64,000 bases of DNA, taken from positions 1 through 64,000 of the forward strand of contig JBIIGV010000001.1 of assembly GCA_044236265.1 (NCBI GenBank), read 5' to 3'. The notes below the pieces were generated by a model. It saw only the letters and a program-made list of their open reading frames with translations. It was not told where the DNA came from and searched no databases. The stretch comes from Oligoflexales bacterium (GTDB lineage: Bacteria > Bdellovibrionota_B > Oligoflexia > Oligoflexales > RGVZ01). A program made the position numbers and the translations under genes. Below are positions 28,746-38,565 of the stretch, piece by piece. The first letter of the stretch is position 1. The number at the start of each line of letters is the position of its first letter.

Positions 28746-30749
28746 TCACTCATGCTTAAGCGCTTGAATGGGTTGTAGTGCAGCCGCCTTCTTAGCGGGC
28801 CAAAATCCGAAGATGATTCCTACGAACGCGGTCGTGCCTGCTACGAATCCAACAACAGCCGGTGAAATTTCAAATGGCCAATTGGTGAATGCCGCTGTTA
28901 TTTTAGCTGAGCCCCAGCCTAGGCTTACTCCTAGTGCGCCGCCAATGATACCAAGCAGAGCTGCCTCAAACAAAAACTGGCTTAGGATGTCCTGCCTTGT
29001 AGCGCCAAGCGCTTTCCTCAGTCCAATCTCTCTTGTGCGCTCAGTGACCGACACCAGCATAATGTTCATAACGCCAATTCCACCAACGAGCAGTGAGATG
29101 CTGGCGATGATGCTAAGAAGTAATGACATAATCTTGTTAGTCGATGAAATTGCAGCCTGAATGTCAGCCATATTGCGGACCGTGATGGCATCATCGACTT
29201 TTTCGTCCGAAAGTCGTTTCCTTTGCTGAATGATCGACTTAATTTGTTTTTCGACAATCGGCATGTTCTCAGGCTTATCCACTTGAATATCGACAGAGTG
29301 AACTGTCTCATACCCCAACACGCGGCGCATGGCGGTCTCAAGTGGCATGACCACCATGTCATCACGGTCCTGCCAGCCATTCGAGCCTTTAGCAGGTAGT
29401 AGACCAATCACCTGAAAGTAAATTCGGTTTATGCGAATCTCTGCTCCAATGGGGTCCTTATCTCCAAAAAGATTTTTAGCGATAGTCCGTCCAATCATGA
29501 CAACGCGGGCGCGAGACGTTTCTTCTTCTGGTGTGAAATTTCTACCAATATCTGGTTGCACAGACCTTAGACTTGCAAATGCGGTGGAGGATCCCGTCAG
29601 GCTTGTATTCCAGGTTTTTTCCTCAAACTGGATCATTGCCTTGCCGTTAACCGTCGGAGCAATCCCGGTGACGTTGGTTAGCTCTGTCTTTAGCGCCTCG
29701 ACGTCATCTGGAAATAGTCGCACTGGGTTTCCGCCTCCGGGAAGGCCCGTGCGACTGGAACCTGCCCACAACACTAAAAGATTTGAGCCGAGACCAGAAA
29801 GTTCATTTTCCATGGATTTTTTTGCACCGGCACCAAGACCAAGCATCGCGATCACGGCGGCCACGCCAATCATGATGCCGAGGATGGATAAAAATGAGCG
29901 AATTTTGTTTGATGTAACTGATCGTAATGCTTCTGACGAGTAGCTTTTAGCCTTTCGTATTTTCATGGCCAGCCCTTGCTCTGGCTCGGGAGTGGCGGTG
30001 TCATAAAGTCTGATTTTTGTCGTGTTATCTGCGCTAGTGGCTTTCATGCCGTCTAGATACTTGGGCGATTGCCGCTCATCTGAAACGATTTTGCCATCGC
30101 GCATACGAATGACACGTTTAGCAACTTGCGTCACTTCAAGTTCGTGTGTGACGATGACCACCGTTATGCCGGCCTGATTTAATTGGACAAGAATGTCAAG
30201 AATATCTCGTTCGCTTTGACTGTCTAAATTTCCCGTCGGTTCATCAGCGAGGATTATCATGGGCTTGTTTACCAGAGCTCTGGCAATCGCAACCCTTTGC
30301 TGCTGACCTCCCGACAGTTGTGAAGGCGTATGATCAATTCGATCGCTAAGTCCGACGGCAGATAAAACTTTTTCAGCCCAGTTTTTATCGTATGGAGCTC
30401 CACTATAAAGCATGGGGAGTCCAACATTTTCAGCAGCAGATGTCCTGGCCAAGAGATTAAATTGCTGAAAAACGAATCCAATAGTGCGCGATCTAAGAAC
30501 ACTTAAAGTGTCATCGTCAAGACCCTTGATACTTTGGTCCGCAATAACAACGTCTCCACTGTCTGGTGTGTCCAATAGTCCGATCATGTTCATGAGCGTG
30601 GACTTTCCAGAGCCTGAGGGCCCAACGATCGCCACAAAGTCCCCGGCATCGATCGTCAGGTCGACGTTATCAAGCGCGCGCAGCTCGGAGTCTCCCATGC
30701 GAAAGACTTTAGATATCCGACTCATCTTGACGACAGAAGAAACACTCAT
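28746..30749 (-). CDS. macB: MacB-family ABC transporter (ATPase-permease fusion)
   Basis: GPSGSGKST, LSGGQQQRV, ILADEPTGNLD, RSFLSILGIMIGV, GGIGVMNIMLVSVTERTREIG. Confidence 0.95.
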   Translation of the reverse strand: MSVSSVVKMSRISKVFRMGDSELRALDNVDLTIDAGDFVAIVGPSGSGKSTLMNMIGLLDTPDSGDVVIADQSIKGLDDDTLSVLRSRTIGFVFQQFNLLARTSAAENVGLPMLYSGAPYDKNWAEKVLSAVGLSDRIDHTPSQLSGGQQQRVAIARALVNKPMIILADEPTGNLDSQSERDILDILVQLNQAGITVVIVTHELEVTQVAKRVIRMRDGKIVSDERQSPKYLDGMKATSADNTTKIRLYDTATPEPEQGLAMKIRKAKSYSSEALRSVTSNKIRSFLSILGIMIGVAAVIAMLGLGAGAKKSMENELSGLGSNLLVLWAGSSRTGLPGGGNPVRLFPDDVEALKTELTNVTGIAPTVNGKAMIQFEEKTWNTSLTGSSTAFASLRSVQPDIGRNFTPEEETSRARVVMIGRTIAKNLFGDKDPIGAEIRINRIYFQVIGLLPAKGSNGWQDRDDMVVMPLETAMRRVLGYETVHSVDIQVDKPENMPIVEKQIKSIIQQRKRLSDEKVDDAITVRNMADIQAAISSTNKIMSLLLSIIASISLLVGGIGVMNIMLVSVTERTREIGLRKALGATRQDILSQFLFEAALLGIIGGALGVSLGWGSAKITAAFTNWPFEISPAVVGFVAGTTAFVGIIFGFWPAKKAAALQPIQALKHE

Positions 30750-30764
30750 CAGTTTTTGCCTTTG

Positions 30765-31772
30765 TTACTTCTTTCGTCCCTTGGGAGGGCGCATTGGGCT
30801 AAACGGATTCGAGGACGCTTCTTCAGCTGTGTTGCTTGCCTGTGGTTGTAAAATGATATCGCCCTCACTAAGGCCTGACGCAATTTCTAAGAACTTACCA
30901 TTCGTTGCTCCAACGGTCACAACGCGCTCCTCAGGGGGTGCTTTGGGGTTGCTAGCCTTCACAAGGGTCAATGCCTCATCTCCCGACTTGATGATCCCAG
31001 ATTGACCGCCCTTCGCGTCCTGTTTTGACTTCAAAAATGACGCGGGTGCTAAAATAACGTTTTGTTTTTTATCTTGAATAAATTTGACGCTGGTCGTCAT
31101 GCCAGAACGCATAAAAGATGGAACGTCGTCAGGTAGGATGCGGATTTCATAAATTGTGACGTTATTGACTTGTTTTGATTCGAAGGCGATACGAATAACT
31201 TTACCTGTCACCATTTGATCGCTATAGGCGTCAACACGTATTTCAACCGCTTGACCTAAAGATATTTTCCCAAGATCAGTTTCATCCACCTGTGCCAAGA
31301 CTATCAAACGATCCGAGATAACGAATACCGTATCGCCAGTTCCTACCGTTTGTCCGCGCTCCACTTGCTTCGAGATGACAATGCCGCCTAATGGCGCAAT
31401 GACCGGGCTTGGTTTATATATGTCTTCCCAGCGTTTTTGTTCCTCGCTTCCTGCTGACCGTGCCATATCGATAAGTGCGGCGCGATCGTTGGAACTCATA
31501 CGGGCAAGTAGCTGACCTGCACGAACCTTCTGCCCCTCTTGAACAAGAATCTCGTCGACGCGTCCGGCAATCTGCGGTTTTACAACCAATCGATTTTCAG
31601 GCTGAATGGCGCCGGTCGCCTGCACGGAGATTTCCAAATCGTCTCGCCGGATGGTGTGCTCTTTATAAGTGATCTCAGGCTTTCTGTTTTTTGCAATGTA
31701 AACGTAGGACCCAATAGCGGTTACTACGATCAAAAAAAGTACGACCCACAACTTTGTTCTTGTAGGCTTCAC
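30765..31772 (-). CDS. macA: MacA-like periplasmic adaptor (membrane fusion protein)
   Basis: N-terminal TM, VQATGAIQP, AGRVDEILVQEGQKV lipoyl-like half, VDETDLGKI, GLSEGD; very short alpha hairpin. Confidence 0.88.
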   Translation of the reverse strand: MKPTRTKLWVVLFLIVVTAIGSYVYIAKNRKPEITYKEHTIRRDDLEISVQATGAIQPENRLVVKPQIAGRVDEILVQEGQKVRAGQLLARMSSNDRAALIDMARSAGSEEQKRWEDIYKPSPVIAPLGGIVISKQVERGQTVGTGDTVFVISDRLIVLAQVDETDLGKISLGQAVEIRVDAYSDQMVTGKVIRIAFESKQVNNVTIYEIRILPDDVPSFMRSGMTTSVKFIQDKKQNVILAPASFLKSKQDAKGGQSGIIKSGDEALTLVKASNPKAPPEERVVTVGATNGKFLEIASGLSEGDIILQPQASNTAEEASSNPFSPMRPPKGRKK

Positions 31773-33016
31773 GGTCCCTCCTCCAAAGCTATACCGATGG
31801 CTTCTAAGTAATCAGCATGCGCATCTGATAAATTATATTTGGCTCTAAGAACCTCGCCTTCCGATCGCATCAGGTCTGACTCGTAGCTATCCCAATCTTG
31901 AAATGACATCATGCCAAGCGTGTATCTCTGACGTGAAACCTCGGCCTGAAGTTTTGTCGCTTCAAAAATCTTTCGGGCAACCTCTAGCTTTTGACGTGCA
32001 AAGCTGAATGCCGACGCAGTTGATAGGGCCTTTTGCTTTTGCGTGGCTGAGGCCTCGGCCAAAGCAATACTGGTCGTCTTGCTTTTGGCAAGAGCTGCAG
32101 ACACGTCAGCCGATGTTGATGGGTTAAACACCGGAATCTTTAGTGTGACTTCTGCCTGATAAATGGGGTCTTTGAGTGGAAGGTTCGGAGTCGCGGATTT
32201 GTTGGCAGATGCCGATAGTGATAGGTCCGGAAAATATTTTCGTCTTGATTCTACAAGAGTCGCATCAGCTTGCTTTTGTTTGGCTAATAAAGCTTCAAGG
32301 TGCGGATGATTTTTCAGCTCAGGAATGGCTGGGGCCCTCGTTTCAATGTCGCCGCTAAAAATTTCCTTTCTATCGATGTCTTGCCCTATAAGAACAGAAA
32401 GTTCACCTTTGGAACTTTCAAGATTTGCCTTAGCTTCTTCGGATTCAGTAGAGGTTTGTAGTTTTGCAGCCTCAGTACGAAGTACAGAGCCCTTATTTTC
32501 CCTGCCTCCTTGATAGCGAAGTTTTACAATCTGTAAGTTGGCCTCACGCCTGACTGTGTTCTTCTCACCTAGCTTGGCTAATTCTTGGAGGTAGATGACT
32601 TTCGACCAAGCTTTCGCAAGTTTGGCTCGCAGGGTGACACTGCTGAGTTTTAGCTCTGAAAGTGCTGCTTGCTTTCCCGATTTTGCGGCATTGAGTTGTG
32701 CTCTTGTCTTGCCAAATGAGAATAAGGATTGATCAAGTGCAATGCCAGCGTCGTAGGTATTGCTAGAGGTTTTTTCGCCAGAATCAATTCGTCTAGACGC
32801 TGAGAGGCTTGATGAGACGGAAGGCAAAAATTCAGCCTTCGCCCGATCAATAGCCGCATCGGCAGATCCCACTTCAGCCTTACCTGTGATAATCGAAGGC
32901 GCTGTTTCCAGAGCTTTTGCCTTAACCTCGCTCCAGGTCAAAGCCTTTGCGGAAGACGATGCGCAAAGTAGCAGCAATGTACAAAATTTCAGAGTTTTGA
33001 ATTCGTGGTTTTCCAA
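31769..33016 (-). CDS. TolC-family outer membrane efflux protein
   Basis: Signal peptide; two OEP repeats (AEFLPSV / RKYFPDLSL; RYQGG / RYTLG); upstream of macA-macB. Confidence 0.88.
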   Translation of the reverse strand: MENHEFKTLKFCTLLLLCASSSAKALTWSEVKAKALETAPSIITGKAEVGSADAAIDRAKAEFLPSVSSSLSASRRIDSGEKTSSNTYDAGIALDQSLFSFGKTRAQLNAAKSGKQAALSELKLSSVTLRAKLAKAWSKVIYLQELAKLGEKNTVRREANLQIVKLRYQGGRENKGSVLRTEAAKLQTSTESEEAKANLESSKGELSVLIGQDIDRKEIFSGDIETRAPAIPELKNHPHLEALLAKQKQADATLVESRRKYFPDLSLSASANKSATPNLPLKDPIYQAEVTLKIPVFNPSTSADVSAALAKSKTTSIALAEASATQKQKALSTASAFSFARQKLEVARKIFEATKLQAEVSRQRYTLGMMSFQDWDSYESDLMRSEGEVLRAKYNLSDAHADYLEAIGIALEEGP

Positions 33017-33615
33017 GGCAACGACAGTCGCTCCAAGTGCTTTGCAATCATGTCAACTTCGATGTTTACCTTATCATTAATTTGAACATCTGCAAAACGA
33101 GTCGTATCCCAGGTTACGGGTATCAACATGAAAGAAAGGTGAGTGCCAGAATCATCGTCACGTAGGGTGTTAATGGTCAAGCTTGTACCATCAATGGCGA
33201 TTGAACCTTTGGAAACGACATAAGGCGAAAGAGTTTTAGGAATCAGAATTTCGACGAAGTAAAAGCTTTCTTCTTTGCGGATGGTGGTAATCGTTCCCGT
33301 GCCATCTACATGGCCAAGTACAATGTGTCCGCCTAACCTATCTGTGGGCCGCATGGAACGCTCGAGATTAACTCGCATGCCTGGTTTGGCTTTTTGAAGG
33401 CTGGTTTTTGAAAGCGTCTCGTGACTGACGTGAAAGGTCAGATCACCTTGCTGTTGGTGACCGACTTCGGATAGGCAAACGCCGTTGACCGCAACACTTG
33501 CGCCGTGATCTCGCTCAAAATCAGGGCCTGGATCAACGACTAGAGTGAAGAGCCCGGAGCTTTCTCCAGTGACCTGCTTGACTACTCCAGTGCGTTCGAC
33601 AAGGCCTGTAAACAT
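32989..33615 (-). CDS. ribE: Riboflavin synthase (alpha type)
   Basis: MFTGLV N-terminus, SVAVNGVCL, VNLER, GGHIVLGHVDG, KGSIAIDGTSLT, VNIEVD. Confidence 0.96.
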   Translation of the reverse strand: MFTGLVERTGVVKQVTGESSGLFTLVVDPGPDFERDHGASVAVNGVCLSEVGHQQQGDLTFHVSHETLSKTSLQKAKPGMRVNLERSMRPTDRLGGHIVLGHVDGTGTITTIRKEESFYFVEILIPKTLSPYVVSKGSIAIDGTSLTINTLRDDDSGTHLSFMLIPVTWDTTRFADVQINDKVNIEVDMIAKHLERLSLPWKTTNSKL

Positions 33616-33617
33616 AA

Positions 33618-34076
33618 TTATTTATTTGGTGCTTGAATGGCGTTGAGTTCGCGCATGAATTGTTCTGTGTCGCGGAAGTCTTTGTAAACGGATGCAAAGC
33701 GCACGTACGCAACTTTGTCCATTTCACTAAGGGCTTCAAGGATCATGCCGCCAAGTTTTTCACTGTGAACAACGCGCTCACCGGTATCTTGGATGGTGCG
33801 TTCGATTTTTGCCAGTAAGCCCTCAATTTGATCGATCGTTACTGGTCTCTTCTGACATGCAACTTGAATCGAGCGCAGTGCCTTATCGCGGTGATAGGGC
33901 TCAACGCGACCGTCGCGTTTTTTGATTTGAAAAACGAAGGCTTCCTCTTGCTCGTAGGTTGTGAACCGATAGTTGCACTCAGGGCAGGAACGACGACGAC
34001 GCACCGCGCGACCTTCGTGAGAAAGGCGGCTTTCGAGTACTCGCGTATCTTCATGTCCACAGCCAGGGCAGCGCAA
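33618..34076 (-). CDS. nrdR: Transcriptional repressor NrdR
   Basis: CPGC...VLESR...RRRRSCPECNYRFTTYE zinc ribbon plus ATP cone, VAYVRFASVY; TTG start. Confidence 0.97.
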   Translation of the reverse strand: MRCPGCGHEDTRVLESRLSHEGRAVRRRRSCPECNYRFTTYEQEEAFVFQIKKRDGRVEPYHRDKALRSIQVACQKRPVTIDQIEGLLAKIERTIQDTGERVVHSEKLGGMILEALSEMDKVAYVRFASVYKDFRDTEQFMRELNAIQAPNK

Positions 34077-34094
34077 AATGAGCTCCAGTAACGT

Positions 34095-35360
34095 TTAAGC
34101 CCACTCTGGATAGAGTGGAAATTTATCGGCTAACGCCAAAACATCCCGACGAATCTTATCCAGTTCAGCCGGATTGTCCACGTTTTTAACAACTCTTGCA
34201 ATGAGGTCAGCAATCACAGCCATTTCCGCCGTCCCAAACCCTCGGCTTGTCACGGCCGGGGTGCCAATTCTGATGCCGCTAGTCACAAAAGGGCTGCGTT
34301 TTTCGCGTGGTACGGTGTTTTTATTGACGGTGATGTCGACCTTCCCGAGTGCTTCTTCAAGCACCTTGCCAGTGATCTCTGTTTCGGAAAAGTCCAACAG
34401 CATCAGATGATTATCTGTTCCACCGGAGACAAGCTTAATGCCTTTTTTAGTAAGAGCCTCGGCCAGGGCCCGGGCATTAGCTACGACCTGTTTTTGGTAG
34501 GTCTTAAAGCTTGGCTCGAGGGCTTCCTTAAAGCTCACGGCCTTGGCAGCAATGATGTGCTCGAGTGGGCCGCCTTGGATCCCTGGAAAAACGCTTTTAT
34601 TTATCTTTGCTGTAAGGCTTTCATCATTCCAAAGAATGATTCCGCCTCTTGGGCCACGTAAAGTCTTATGGGTGGTCGACGTGACAACGTGTGCATGTGG
34701 CACAGGGCTTGGATGCTCACCTGCTGCAACTAATCCGGCAATGTGCGCCATGTCGACCATCAGGTATGCGCCTACATCGTCAGCGATCTCACGGAATTTT
34801 TTGAAATCCAGAGTGCGTGCGTAGGCGCTGGCACCTGCGATCATGAGTTTAGGTTTTACTTCACGTGCGATCTTAACAACGTGATCATAATTGATGCGCT
34901 CAGTTTCCGGGTCGATGCCATAAAAGTGTGACTCGTAAAGAAGGCCAGAAAAATTGACCTTACTTCCATGAGTCAAATGGCCACCGTGGGAAAGGTCGAG
35001 ACCTAGGACCTTGTCGCCACTGTTAAGAAGCGCCAAGTAAACAGCAGCATTGGCTTGAGCTCCAGAATGCGGCTGAACATTTGCAAACTTTGCACCAAAT
35101 AACTGGCATACGCGGCGAATGGCAATCTCTTCGACGCGGTCTACAATTTGGCAGCCACCGTAGTAGCGCTTTCCAGGTAGCCCTTCAGCATATTTATTCG
35201 TGAGCACATTGGCCATTGATGCGATCACTGCAGGAGACGCAAAGTTTTCTGAAGCAATGAGTTCAAGTCCGTGTCTTTGACGGCTCATTTCATCTTGGAT
35301 AAGGCCATAGATTTCCTGATCGCTATTTCGAAGACTGTCCCAAGGTTGATGTGAATTCAT
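34095..35360 (-). CDS. glyA: Serine hydroxymethyltransferase
   Basis: [56 protein letters not shown] before ATG 35360. Confidence 0.98.
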   Translation of the reverse strand: MNSHQPWDSLRNSDQEIYGLIQDEMSRQRHGLELIASENFASPAVIASMANVLTNKYAEGLPGKRYYGGCQIVDRVEEIAIRRVCQLFGAKFANVQPHSGAQANAAVYLALLNSGDKVLGLDLSHGGHLTHGSKVNFSGLLYESHFYGIDPETERINYDHVVKIAREVKPKLMIAGASAYARTLDFKKFREIADDVGAYLMVDMAHIAGLVAAGEHPSPVPHAHVVTSTTHKTLRGPRGGIILWNDESLTAKINKSVFPGIQGGPLEHIIAAKAVSFKEALEPSFKTYQKQVVANARALAEALTKKGIKLVSGGTDNHLMLLDFSETEITGKVLEEALGKVDITVNKNTVPREKRSPFVTSGIRIGTPAVTSRGFGTAEMAVIADLIARVVKNVDNPAELDKIRRDVLALADKFPLYPEWA

Positions 35361-35395
35361 GCTCAAACGACTCCCCAATCATCGATCGACAATAT

Positions 35396-35863
35396 TTAGT
35401 GACTAGAGCCAACTTTGCGCTCAATCTCGCGAATCTTATTGAGACGCGCTTGGTGGCGACTACCGCCAAACGGGGTATCAAGCCACAGCTTCACCAGCTC
35501 CGTAGCGCGCATATGGTTCGTCGTTCTGGCGCCAAGACAAAGGATGTTGGCGTTATTATGCTCTTTTGCCATGCGGGTTGAAAACTCGTCCCAAACAGCA
35601 GCGGCACGAATGCCTGGATATTTGTTGGCAGCCATCTGCATTCCTATGCCGGTTCCACAAACGAGAATGCCGACATCGGTCTTTCCACTCGAGACATCGC
35701 TTGCAACGGCTGACGCATAGTCTGGATAGTCAACAGACGTCTTGCAGTCAGCAGCGACTCCGTAATCAACAACTTGATGCTCCGTAAGACGCAGCATTTC
35801 CGCGATGAGTTGTTTTAGTTCCTTGCCTGCGTGATCGGCTCCAAGTCCTATCGTCAGCGCCAT
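35396..35863 (-). CDS. rpiB: Ribose 5-phosphate isomerase B
   Basis: GADHAG, VDYPD, CGTGIGM, AANK, HNNAN, GSRH. Confidence 0.95.
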   Translation of the reverse strand: MALTIGLGADHAGKELKQLIAEMLRLTEHQVVDYGVAADCKTSVDYPDYASAVASDVSSGKTDVGILVCGTGIGMQMAANKYPGIRAAAVWDEFSTRMAKEHNNANILCLGARTTNHMRATELVKLWLDTPFGGSRHQARLNKIREIERKVGSSH

Positions 35864-35917
35864 GGATGACAGCTCCTATGAACGATGTACAAAAAAATAT
35901 GTAAGCCCTAAAGCATT

Positions 35918-35939
35918 CGGGGCCCTCGTAAGGACCCCG
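35918..35939 (-). terminator. GC-rich stem-loop (UACG tetraloop) just 3' of acpP; weak terminator or mRNA-stabilising hairpin
   Basis: Minus strand CGGGGTCCT-TACG-AGGGCCCCG, 9 bp with one G-U; no clear U-tract. Confidence 0.5.
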
Positions 35940-35948
35940 CTTTTCTTA

Positions 35949-36194
35949 TCAGGCTTCGCCAGCTCTTTTGATGAACTGCACAGCGTCATCGACGGTGCGG
36001 ATGTTCTCAGCCTCTTCGTCTGGGATGTCCACTCCGAACGCTTCTTCCATCGCCATCACCAACTCAACAATATCTAATGAGTCAGCGCCAAGGTCTTCGA
36101 TGAACTTTGCTTTGCCAATAACGGCGCTTTCCTCAACGCCAAGTTGCTTAACGACGAGTTGCTTGACGCGATCTTCTAATGAAAGGTTGCTCAT
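35949..36194 (-). CDS. acpP: Acyl carrier protein
   Basis: [24 protein letters not shown] phosphopantetheine motif. Confidence 0.98.
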   Translation of the reverse strand: MSNLSLEDRVKQLVVKQLGVEESAVIGKAKFIEDLGADSLDIVELVMAMEEAFGVDIPDEEAENIRTVDDAVQFIKRAGEA

Positions 36195-36332
36195 TTCTTA
36201 CTCCAGATAACAATGAACTTTGTTAGTCTTCGGTTTTAACCCAGCAAAAGGACTACACGCAACTGGATATTTGAACTTCATTGACTTTTAAAAATGCAGA
36301 CTCTGGTTGGGCGTGGGGGTCTCGGCGGTGAG

Positions 36333-37610
36333 CTAGAACAAATAACGGCTAGAGAGGCTAAAACTCTGCGTTTCTATTGAGATATCCTGCAGATTAAGGT
36401 TTCCCTGCACTAGCTGCGTTTGCCCCGTTCCTCTTTGCCGTACCATGATCAGCTGGGTTTCTGACTGCCTAGTTTTTAAACCTATCCCCGCACTAAACCC
36501 CTGGTAATCGACTTTGGCTGGTGGGCTGGCAACGAGGGAAGGCTTTGGGTCTGCAACAAGTGAGCTATTCGTGAAAAGTCCCCCGCTTAATAAAATTGGG
36601 CCCGCCGTAAGTTCTATTCCCGAGCTCCAATCAGTGACGGCAATCGTGTCAAAGCCCCCTTCGCTGGCCCAAGGGGTCTTGGTTGCTGGATAGTGCAACA
36701 CGTCGGCGCTGAATAATAACCACGGGCGAGGACGAATGGCTACGCCGAGGGACCAAGTCCGGACGATGAGCTCATCTTCTCTACGAGTCGTTCCATCCGT
36801 TGACGATAGCTCCGGGGATGAGCCAGTCGATATGATGGAGCTAGTCTCAAAGTCAGTCATGTCGGAGAGTGCCTTTGGTATGCGAGCAGAAAGGCCAAGG
36901 CTGAAGACATCCGTCTTGAACATGAGGCCAGCGTTGGTGAGAGTGCCTTCGTTGCTTGTGCTTTGCCTGACAAAGCTGTCGTAGAAAACTCCATCATTGA
37001 ACAGGGACCGTTCTTTGAGCGCGGTCTGCTTTTGGCGGCGGTAATAAAATTCACTAACACCGATGGAAAAGTTTTTGCCAAGCGAAAAGGCACCACTAAG
37101 GCCGGCGTAGATTAAATTTCCAGACGTCAACTCAGAACGGTGATATTCAAAAGCAGATGCCGACGAGCTTGCAGGAATATCCAGGGTTTGTGATTCGTCG
37201 GTATTTTGCTGCTCAAGCGTAAAGTAGGACCATCCAAAAGTGAACCGTCCAAGCGAGGCGTGGCCTCCGGCAAAACCTGGGTAAATGGAGGCAGAGTTTT
37301 CAGAGATCTTTGAGTTGGCCGTAATGCCAGCGATTTCTTTTCGCGACCGAGAGTAGTTATTTACCGTGAGACTAAATCCTGGGCCTTTAAGGTGACCTAG
37401 GCCTGCCGGATTGTACCAGCTTGCAGAGGCGTCATCGGCCACTGCTGTAAACGCGCCACCTAAGGCTTGCGCTCGAGCTCCCGGTAAGATCATTCGTTTG
37501 TTTGTGGTCTCCGCTAGGGCCAAAGGGGCGGCGACGAATATAGTGATCGCGCTCCATGACGCCACACGACCAAGCGCTAATAGCCAAAAATTTAAGGAAT
37601 AAACTCGCAT
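36333..37610 (-). CDS. FadL/OmpP1-like outer membrane beta-barrel
   Basis: GARAQALGGAFTAVADDASASWYNPAGL hatch motif, amphipathic strands, C-terminal Phe. Confidence 0.8.
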   Translation of the reverse strand: MRVYSLNFWLLALGRVASWSAITIFVAAPLALAETTNKRMILPGARAQALGGAFTAVADDASASWYNPAGLGHLKGPGFSLTVNNYSRSRKEIAGITANSKISENSASIYPGFAGGHASLGRFTFGWSYFTLEQQNTDESQTLDIPASSSASAFEYHRSELTSGNLIYAGLSGAFSLGKNFSIGVSEFYYRRQKQTALKERSLFNDGVFYDSFVRQSTSNEGTLTNAGLMFKTDVFSLGLSARIPKALSDMTDFETSSIISTGSSPELSSTDGTTRREDELIVRTWSLGVAIRPRPWLLFSADVLHYPATKTPWASEGGFDTIAVTDWSSGIELTAGPILLSGGLFTNSSLVADPKPSLVASPPAKVDYQGFSAGIGLKTRQSETQLIMVRQRGTGQTQLVQGNLNLQDISIETQSFSLSSRYLF

Positions 37611-37749
37611 AAAGGGTGGATCGGCCGGGGTCTATGGTTTATTTACATTGGGGTTATTGGCAAATGTGAAAAAACTCCCGCTTCACCTTGGCGTTACAGA
37701 AGGTTATCCTTTGCTCTGATCAACTGAAATTTAAGGAATCTAAATCCTT

Positions 37750-38490
37750 TTGAAGACGTTTCAACTTCCTGAAAATCCAGCATTGGTTGTCGCCAGTGAT
37801 GTCCACGTGAGAACAGAAACGGACGAGCGTTACCTGTTGCTTTGTCAATTAGTGGAATTAGCCGCCGAGAAGAAGACCAAGACACTTGTATTGAATGGCG
37901 ACATTTTTGATTTCTTCTTTGGTTGGGGATCATATTTCCAAAATAAGTATTCGCGGCTACTTCATGGTTTAGACAAGTTGGCCGCAAGTGGCGCATTGGT
38001 TTGGTTTGTCGAAGGTAACCATGAATTTGGCATGGACTCAGTTCAAAAAAAGTTTCGTTTCGATGTAGTCCCGAGTCACGGACGAGTTTGGATGAGTCCC
38101 CAAGGGAAAAAATTCCTGATCGCTCACGGCGACCTGCTGCAAAAGGATTTCAAATATGAGCTATTTAGAGCGCTTATAAGAAGCTGGCTTGTCAGTTTTG
38201 TGGCTTTCTGTGTCCCGCAGTGGCTTCTTGATCAATTCACTCTTTGGTTTGCAACAACATCTAGAAAAAAAGACAAATACCGCGTGCTTCGCCATGAGTT
38301 GATCGGATCATGTGCAAAACAGCAGTTAGTCGCCGCCGGTGGTGATGTGATTATTTTTGGACACTTCCATCATCCTTACGATGAGGACTTGGGTGATGGA
38401 AAACGTATGCTCAGTGTGTCGAGTTGGGATGAGCCCTCTTGTCTCGTCGTTACTGAAGATGGTTCGATATCAAGAATTTTAGCCCAATAA
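37750..38490 (+). CDS. lpxH: UDP-2,3-diacylglucosamine diphosphatase (LpxH-like metallophosphoesterase)
   Basis: SDVH, GDIFD, GNHE, HGD, GHFH calcineurin-like motifs with LpxH-type insertion lid. Confidence 0.78.
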   Translation: MKTFQLPENPALVVASDVHVRTETDERYLLLCQLVELAAEKKTKTLVLNGDIFDFFFGWGSYFQNKYSRLLHGLDKLAASGALVWFVEGNHEFGMDSVQKKFRFDVVPSHGRVWMSPQGKKFLIAHGDLLQKDFKYELFRALIRSWLVSFVAFCVPQWLLDQFTLWFATTSRKKDKYRVLRHELIGSCAKQQLVAAGGDVIIFGHFHHPYDEDLGDGKRMLSVSSWDEPSCLVVTEDGSISRILAQ

Positions 38491-38518
38491 AAAACCAACA
38501 CTAAATTACTTGAAGAAT

Positions 38519-38544
38519 AAAAAGCCCCCAAAATGGAGGCTTTT
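38519..38544 (-). terminator. Intrinsic terminator (possibly bidirectional) between convergent genes
   Basis: Minus strand AAAAGCCTCCA-TTT-TGGGGGCTTTTT; flanked by A and T tracts. Confidence 0.7.
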
Positions 38545-38565
38545 GCTGTCATGTCATAATGAAGA

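Noticed and set aside
29431..31005. Plus-strand ORFs of 170 and 173 aa opposite macB/macA
   Set aside because: Antisense shadows of well-conserved genes with no recognisable motifs.
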